This document shows, piece after piece, positions 58,458 through 64,000 of a stretch of DNA of 64,000 nt. Position 1 is the first letter of the stretch; the number at the start of each line of letters is the position of its first letter. The stretch is from Candidatus Uhrbacteria bacterium RIFCSPLOWO2_01_FULL_47_17 (lineage in GTDB: Bacteria > Patescibacteriota > Patescibacteriia > UBA9934 > GWF2-40-263): assembly GCA_001791305.1 (NCBI GenBank), contig MGEI01000005.1:404208-468207 (forward strand). The letters are read 5' to 3'. A program made the translations under genes and the position numbers. The notes beneath the pieces are model-generated. The model saw nothing but the letters and a program-made list of their open reading frames with translations. It did no database searches and was not told the origin of the DNA.

Positions 58458-58877
58458 ATGTTAATGCCGAAGAAGGTAAAACATCGCAAATCCCACAAAG
58501 GACGCGCTCGCGGAAAACGTCTTGCAACTCGCATGACAACTGTTGCGTTCGGAGATTTTGCGATCAAAGCAACATCAGAAGCATGGGTCACCTCACGTCA
58601 GATTGAAGCTGCTCGTCGCGCGATGACACGTGCCATCAAGCGCGGAGGAAAGATCTGGATCCGTATTTTCCCAGACAAGCCCGTCACCTCAAAGGGTTCA
58701 GAAATGCCTATGGGTAAAGGAAAAGGTGCGGTTGACCACTACGTCGCCGTTATCCGTCCAGGAACCGTCATGTTTGAAATGGGTGGAATTTCTGAAGACC
58801 TTGCTCGTCACGCGCTTACGCTCGCGGCAAGTAAGCTCCCGCTCAAGACCAAAATCATCTCTCGTGAAATTGCTTAA
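58458..58877 (+). CDS. rplP: 50S ribosomal protein L16
   Basis: RQIEAAR, WIRIFPD, MGKGKG. Confidence 0.97.
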   Translation: MLMPKKVKHRKSHKGRARGKRLATRMTTVAFGDFAIKATSEAWVTSRQIEAARRAMTRAIKRGGKIWIRIFPDKPVTSKGSEMPMGKGKGAVDHYVAVIRPGTVMFEMGGISEDLARHALTLAASKLPLKTKIISREIA

Positions 58878-58882
58878 TCTGT

Positions 58883-59077
58883 ATGGATGCAAAAACTCTT
58901 CGACAAAAAACTCCGGATGCGCTTTTGCATGATATTCATAATGCAGGAGAAAAGCTAAAATCTCTCGAGTTTAGATTGTCTTCAAACCAAGTAAAAAATG
59001 TGCGCGAAATTCGTTTGATTAAAAAACAAATGGCACGTATGCGCACACTCGTCCACGAATCTCAAAAGAATACATAA
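58883..59077 (+). CDS. rpmC: 50S ribosomal protein L29
   Basis: Operon position; LR...L.F...IKKQMARMRT. Confidence 0.9.
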   Translation: MDAKTLRQKTPDALLHDIHNAGEKLKSLEFRLSSNQVKNVREIRLIKKQMARMRTLVHESQKNT

Positions 59078-59080
59078 CGT

Positions 59081-59326
59081 ATGAACACAAAGATTAGCAC
59101 AATTCGACGCGCATTTACTGGAGTTGTCACATCCAACAAAATGGAGAAGACGATTGTGGTTCGTGTTGACCGAACACTCGTGCATCCAAAATATGGAAAG
59201 CGTTATGTGCGCAGTGAAAAGTTTCACGTGCATGCCCCAACGGGAACATACGAAATCGGACAAACGGTTTCCTTTAAGGAGTGCCGTCCACTTTCAAAAA
59301 CAAAACGTTGGACCGTTGTTGCGTAA
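59081..59326 (+). CDS. rpsQ: 30S ribosomal protein S17
   Basis: GVVTSNKMEKT, HPKYGK, ECRPLSKTKRW. Confidence 0.97.
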   Translation: MNTKISTIRRAFTGVVTSNKMEKTIVVRVDRTLVHPKYGKRYVRSEKFHVHAPTGTYEIGQTVSFKECRPLSKTKRWTVVA

Positions 59327-59407
59327 AACAAACAGTTCGTCGTTCGGCCTGAGAAAATGAATCTTCGTTTTCTGAATCGAACGACCAACGACAAATCATT
59401 CAATTCT

Positions 59408-59779
59408 ATGGTACAAGAACTCTCAGTGATCAAAGTTGCAGATAATACAGGAGCAAAAAAGCTCATGGTTATTCGCGTACTCGGAGGTTTTCAAAAGCGT
59501 TATGCACACTTGGGCGAACTTGTTGTTTGTTCCGTCAAAGAAGCTGTTCCACATGCAGCCGTCAAAAAGTCTGATGTTGTGACAGCAGTCATGGTGCGTA
59601 CACGTAAAGAGACGCGTCGTAAAGATGGAACTTATATCCGTTTCGATGAAAATGCTGCGGTGATCATTGATAAAAAGACCAAAGATCCAAAAGGAACACG
59701 TATTTTTGGACCGGTTGCTCGTGAATTGCGTGCAGGTGGATACAATAAAATTATTTCTCTTGCACCAGAAGTGCTTTAA
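59408..59779 (+). CDS. rplN: 50S ribosomal protein L14
   Basis: [27 protein letters not shown]. Confidence 0.97.
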   Translation: MVQELSVIKVADNTGAKKLMVIRVLGGFQKRYAHLGELVVCSVKEAVPHAAVKKSDVVTAVMVRTRKETRRKDGTYIRFDENAAVIIDKKTKDPKGTRIFGPVARELRAGGYNKIISLAPEVL

Positions 59780-59791
59780 CTCACCCATCTT

Positions 59792-60115
59792 ATGAAAATC
59801 AAATCTGGCGACAAAGTCCGGGTTTTGACCGGCAAAGATCGAAACAAAGAAGGGAAAGTGCTTCAGGTATTTCCTGTGCTCGAGCGTGTGGTTGTGGAGG
59901 GTGTGAACATCCTTACAAAGCACATGAAAGGCCGCGGAGAACATGCGGGCCAAAAGATTCAGTTTCCCTCTCCCATTCATGTATCGAATGTGCAGCTCAT
60001 TTCTGAAAAAACAGGGGCACATGGTCGTATTGGATATAAGATGATTGATGCAGAAGGTGCCAAAAAGAAGATTCGCATCCTTCGTAAAAAAGGAGCTGTC
60101 GAGGATATTGAATAA
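59792..60115 (+). CDS. rplX: 50S ribosomal protein L24
   Basis: GDKVRVLTGKD, VEGVN, IHVSNV. Confidence 0.96.
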   Translation: MKIKSGDKVRVLTGKDRNKEGKVLQVFPVLERVVVEGVNILTKHMKGRGEHAGQKIQFPSPIHVSNVQLISEKTGAHGRIGYKMIDAEGAKKKIRILRKKGAVEDIE

Positions 60116-60120
60116 ACATT

Positions 60121-60663
60121 ATGTCACTCAAAGATTCATACAAAACATCTGTCGTCCCTGAACTCATGAAAGAGTTTGGGTACAAAAATGTGAATGCGGT
60201 GCCTGTGGTCAACACGGTGACACTGAATATTGGAGTTGGGCCTGGCATGAAAGATGCAAAATTCCTTGAAACCGCACAAAATACGTTAAAGCGAATTACC
60301 GGACAAAAGCCGGTTACCACAAAAGCACGTAAGTCCATTGCAGGATTTAAAATCCGCGAAGGAAGTGTGGTGGGTGTCATGGTGACGCTTCGTGGAAAGC
60401 GTATGTGGGACTTTTTAGAAAAATTGATCAATGTCTCTTTGCCTCGCGTACGTGACTTCCGTGGTCTTTCAAAAAAATCTTTTGATGGAAACGGAAATTA
60501 CTCAATCGGGTTTAAAGAGCACATGGCTTTTCCAGAAATTTCAACAGAAGAAATTGAAATCACGCACGGAATTCAGGTTACAATCGCAACATCCGCAAAA
60601 ACAGATAAAGAAGCAGAAGCTTTGCTCAAACACTTGAGACTTCCTCTCAAACAAGACGCATAA
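60121..60663 (+). CDS. rplE: 50S ribosomal protein L5
   Basis: [26 protein letters not shown]. Confidence 0.97.
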   Translation: MSLKDSYKTSVVPELMKEFGYKNVNAVPVVNTVTLNIGVGPGMKDAKFLETAQNTLKRITGQKPVTTKARKSIAGFKIREGSVVGVMVTLRGKRMWDFLEKLINVSLPRVRDFRGLSKKSFDGNGNYSIGFKEHMAFPEISTEEIEITHGIQVTIATSAKTDKEAEALLKHLRLPLKQDA

Positions 60664-60665
60664 AT

Positions 60666-60851
60666 ATGGCAACAGAAAATCAAATTGCGAAATCTAAAAT
60701 GAAACCAAAGTTTTCGACCCGCATTCACCGACGTTGTTGGAAGTGTGGAAGAAATCGTGGGTTTATGCGTGCCTTTCAGTTGTGCCGTATTTGTTTTCGA
60801 GAATTGGCTAACAAAGGAGAAATTCCAGGTGTAAGAAAATCAAGTTGGTAA
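60666..60851 (+). CDS. rpsN: 30S ribosomal protein S14, Zn-binding short type
   Basis: RCWKCGR...LCRICFRE...PGVRKSSW. Confidence 0.96.
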   Translation: MATENQIAKSKMKPKFSTRIHRRCWKCGRNRGFMRAFQLCRICFRELANKGEIPGVRKSSW

Positions 60852-60852
60852 T

Positions 60853-61245
60853 ATGATCACAGACCCAATCTCAGACATGCTCACACGCATCCGTAACGCG
60901 CAGGCTGTTAAAAAAGCCTCGCTTGCTTTGCCGTACTCGAACATCAAGTTCGCGATTGCAAAAATTCTTGAAAAAGAAGGATTCATTGTAAAAGCTGTGA
61001 TGACAACGGAATCAAAATTTCCGATGATTCAAATCGATTTGAAATATACAAATCACATCCCTGCTATTCAGTCTATCCAACGCGTGAGCAAACCAGGACG
61101 TCGCGTCTATACCAAGTCAGAAGACTTGCGTTCGATTTTGTCTGGACTCGGTATCTCCATCGTATCCACGTCAAACGGACTCATGACCAATAAAGAAGCA
61201 CATGCTCGCCATCTTGGGGGAGAAGTGCTCTGTGAAGTTTATTAG
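60853..61245 (+). CDS. rpsH: 30S ribosomal protein S8
   Basis: DPISDMLTRIRNA, SKPGRRVY, GGEV. Confidence 0.97.
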   Translation: MITDPISDMLTRIRNAQAVKKASLALPYSNIKFAIAKILEKEGFIVKAVMTTESKFPMIQIDLKYTNHIPAIQSIQRVSKPGRRVYTKSEDLRSILSGLGISIVSTSNGLMTNKEAHARHLGGEVLCEVY

Positions 61246-61256
61246 AAAACAATCAT

Positions 61257-61814
61257 ATGTCACGTGTTGGAAAAAAACCTATTCTTATCCCTCAAGGCGT
61301 CGATGTAACCGTTGATGACAAGTTCGTCACGGTGAAAGGACCAAAAGGATCATTGTCACGGACTGTTCATCCGCTTGTTTCGCTTGCTCTGAGTGACGAT
61401 GCAGAAGGAAAACGTCTGATCGTTTCTGTGGAAGATGAAACAGAAAAGGTGAATCGATCTCAATGGGGAACCGCACGTACATTGATTTCTAACATGATTA
61501 TGGGCGTTACGGTTGGATTCAGTAAAAAATTAGAAGTAAACGGAGTTGGTTATCGCGTAAATCTTCAGGGACGCACATTGAATCTTGTTGTTGGGTATTC
61601 TCATGAGGTTCCATTTCTTCTTCCGGAAGGCATCACGGCAACAGTTGATGGAAACGTCATTACGATTATTGGAAGCGATAACGAATTAGTTGGAGAAATC
61701 GCCGCACGTATTCGTAAGGTGCGTAAACCAGAACCGTATAAAGGAAAAGGAATTAAATATACAGATGAAGTAGTTCGTCGCAAGGCTGGTAAGTCACAAA
61801 AGGCTGCCGCTTAA
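61257..61814 (+). CDS. rplF: 50S ribosomal protein L6
   Basis: MSRVGK, KGPKG, GVGYR, PEPYKGKGI. Confidence 0.97.
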   Translation: MSRVGKKPILIPQGVDVTVDDKFVTVKGPKGSLSRTVHPLVSLALSDDAEGKRLIVSVEDETEKVNRSQWGTARTLISNMIMGVTVGFSKKLEVNGVGYRVNLQGRTLNLVVGYSHEVPFLLPEGITATVDGNVITIIGSDNELVGEIAARIRKVRKPEPYKGKGIKYTDEVVRRKAGKSQKAAA

Positions 61815-61823
61815 TATAAACGT

Positions 61824-62174
61824 ATGAACGGATTGAAAAAACAACTTGGTCGCGCACGACGTGCACATCGTACACGTATCGTGATGCACGGAACGGAACT
61901 CAAACCTCGTTTGAGTGTTTCGCGCAGCTTGAAGCATATTTACGCTCAACTTATCAATGATGATAAGGGTGTAACCATTGCTTCTGCATCAGACATGGAA
62001 GTGAAATCAGATGCACTTCCCATTCAGGTTGCAAAAGCGGTTGGTGAAATCATTGCAAAGAAGGCAACAGCTGCCGGAGTTGAAACTGTTGTGTTTGATC
62101 GAGGTTCATTTCGTTATCATGGCCGTGTGGCCGCTTTGGCAGAGGGAGCACGTTCAGCAGGTTTGAAGTTCTAA
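61824..62174 (+). CDS. rplR: 50S ribosomal protein L18
   Basis: PRLSV.RS, VFDRG..YHGRV. Confidence 0.96.
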   Translation: MNGLKKQLGRARRAHRTRIVMHGTELKPRLSVSRSLKHIYAQLINDDKGVTIASASDMEVKSDALPIQVAKAVGEIIAKKATAAGVETVVFDRGSFRYHGRVAALAEGARSAGLKF

Positions 62175-62181
62175 TTTTGAT

Positions 62182-62769
62182 ATGACAAACGCACAAACAA
62201 CTTCACGACCAAAAACATCTTTTTCTTCAAAACCCGGCGGAGCCGGATCCACTTCAGGTGGAAAATCTTTTGGTGGAAAAGGTGATACTCGCGGAAAAGG
62301 CGGAAAACGCCCGGACCGTGAAAAAAAAGAACCACGAGAATTTGATCAAAAAATTCTTGATCTTGCACGTGTTACACGTGTGACCGCCGGTGGAAAACGC
62401 ATGTCTTTTCGTTGTGCCCTTGTGATTGGTGACCGAAAAGGACGCGTTGGATTTGGTGTCGCAAAGGGTGCAGACGTTCAAATTGCGGTTGATAAAGCGT
62501 ATCGCCAAGCCAAAAAGAATTTAATTACCGTGCCATTGGTCCAAGAAACATTGCCACATGCGGTAACCGTCAAGCTTGGTTCCGCAATGATCATGTTGAA
62601 ACCAGCTCCAAAAGGTTCTGGACTAAAAGCAGGTGGGGCTATTCGTGTGATCTTGGAATACGCCGGAGTTCCAAACGCGGTTTCAAAAATTTTGAACTCG
62701 AACAATAAAATTAACATTGCTCACGCAACGTTTCTCGCCATTCAATCATTGAATGATTCCAAAAAATAA
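62182..62769 (+). CDS. rpsE: 30S ribosomal protein S5
   Basis: RVTRVTAGGKR, PAPKGSGLKAGG. Confidence 0.96.
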   Translation: MTNAQTTSRPKTSFSSKPGGAGSTSGGKSFGGKGDTRGKGGKRPDREKKEPREFDQKILDLARVTRVTAGGKRMSFRCALVIGDRKGRVGFGVAKGADVQIAVDKAYRQAKKNLITVPLVQETLPHAVTVKLGSAMIMLKPAPKGSGLKAGGAIRVILEYAGVPNAVSKILNSNNKINIAHATFLAIQSLNDSKK

Positions 62770-62773
62770 TTGT

Positions 62774-63208
62774 ATGTCACTTTCACTTCACACATTGAAA
62801 CCAAGCCCACATTCAAAAAAGGATCGAAAATACATCGGTCGTGGTTTGGGTTCAAAAGGAACTTACTCCGGTCGTGGAGTTAAAGGGCAAGGGGCACGTT
62901 CTGGTGTTTCTGGATTGAAGTTGAAAGGAATGCGTAAGATCATTCTCTCTACACCAAAGTTGCGTGGATTTAAATCGAAGAATCCAAAAGCTCAAGTCTT
63001 GAATCTTGACGTTCTCTCGAAAGCTTTCCCAGAAGGAGGTAAAATTACCCCAAAGCAATTGGTTGCAAAGAAATTGATTTTGGATGCAATGGCCGTGACC
63101 AAAATTCTTGGAAACGGAACCGTTACCGCAAAGTTTATCCTCAAAGGATGTCTTGTTTCTGCGTCAGCAAAAGAAAAAATTGAACAAGCAGGCGGCTCCG
63201 TCGTGTAA
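62774..63208 (+). CDS. rplO: 50S ribosomal protein L15
   Basis: GRG.GS..GRGVKGQGARSG, PKLRGF, KILGNG. Confidence 0.96.
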   Translation: MSLSLHTLKPSPHSKKDRKYIGRGLGSKGTYSGRGVKGQGARSGVSGLKLKGMRKIILSTPKLRGFKSKNPKAQVLNLDVLSKAFPEGGKITPKQLVAKKLILDAMAVTKILGNGTVTAKFILKGCLVSASAKEKIEQAGGSVV

Positions 63209-63250
63209 TATTTCGAGGGCACCCACAAGGGGAGCCCCTACAAATTTTCT

Positions 63251-64000
63251 ATGAACACTCTTCTTCGCATCTGGAAAACAAAAGAGCTTCGCTCAAGCTT
63301 GCTCTTTGTTCTCCTCATGCTCGTGATTTTTCGTATTGCAGCGCACATTCCAGCTCCTGGAATTGATGCAGCGGCTCTTGCGCAGGTGTTCGCAAAAAAT
63401 CAGTTTTTGGGACTCCTGAATATTTTTTCTGGAGGTACCCTGCAAAATTTTTCGATCGTCGCAATGGGAGTAATGCCTTACATCACAGCCTCTATTATTT
63501 TCCAGCTTCTCGGCATGATTGTTCCTGCATTTGAAGAAATGCAAAAGGAAGAATCCGGAAAACAAAAAATTAACCAATGGACACGATGGCTCACGGTTCC
63601 ACTCAGCTTTATTCAGGCATACAGTTTAATCCTTCTTCTTTCTCGACAAGGTCAATTTTTCACAGGAGCACAATCTACCACCATTCTATTTGCGGTGATT
63701 AGTATGACTGCCGGAACGGTGTTTCTCATGTGGCTTGGTGAATTGATTTCGGAAAAGAATATTGGAAACGGAGTTTCTATTTTGATCCTTGCCGGAATCG
63801 TGGCTGGACTTCCAACGCTTTTGAGTCAATCACTTGCGGTGTATGACAAGAGCCAGCTCGTGACACTCATTTTGTTTATCGTCGTTGTGATTGTAACCGT
63901 GATCGGAATCGTTATCATGAATGAAGCTCAGCGCAACATTCCTGTGCAATATGCTCGTCATATTCAAGGGTCGCGACTTGCGGGTGGATCCAGTTCACAC
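63251..64000 (+). CDS. secY: Preprotein translocase SecY (3'-truncated by window edge)
   Basis: FSIVAMGVMPYITASIIFQLL, MWLGELI, GNGVS, RNIPVQY. Confidence 0.96.
   Translation, partial: MNTLLRIWKTKELRSSLLFVLLMLVIFRIAAHIPAPGIDAAALAQVFAKNQFLGLLNIFSGGTLQNFSIVAMGVMPYITASIIFQLLGMIVPAFEEMQKEESGKQKINQWTRWLTVPLSFIQAYSLILLLSRQGQFFTGAQSTTILFAVISMTAGTVFLMWLGELISEKNIGNGVSILILAGIVAGLPTLLSQSLAVYDKSQLVTLILFIVVVIVTVIGIVIMNEAQRNIPVQYARHIQGSRLAGGSSSH

Noticed and set aside
1-64000. Apparent abundance of TCGA/GATC/CGCG and occasional GCGATCGC (HIP1-like)
   Set aside because: Not quantifiable by eye and may reflect codon usage; needs a Markov-corrected k-mer count.

Overview
Bacterial chromosomal window, most likely Patescibacteria/CPR (Parcubacteria-like; inferred from the missing rpmD/uL30 between rpsE and rplO). 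It holds housekeeping genes (nusB, rnc, proS, hup, rny, truB, infB, trxA/B, leuS, ugd, comEC, ndk, murA, and the str/S10/spc clusters up to secY), two tRNAs, and many stand-alone accessory genes with their own promoter, SD and terminator. The most striking block is a ~10.4-kb minus-strand locus (30108-40487): nrtR, pncA, two TRPM-type SLOG proteins, a nadD-nadK fusion, pncB, a NudF-like hydrolase, an uncharacterised radical SAM enzyme and nadE. It has two visible NrtR-type operators and a repeated hairpin-CCTTTTCT-hairpin motif in five of its spacers. Other signals: REP-like palindromes inserted in frame into unrelated proteins, a YqfB-like ASCH domain inside LeuRS, near-leaderless housekeeping genes versus SD-led accessory genes, two leader-peptide attenuators and two candidate structured ncRNAs. 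All assignments come from reading motifs by eye; no database search was run.
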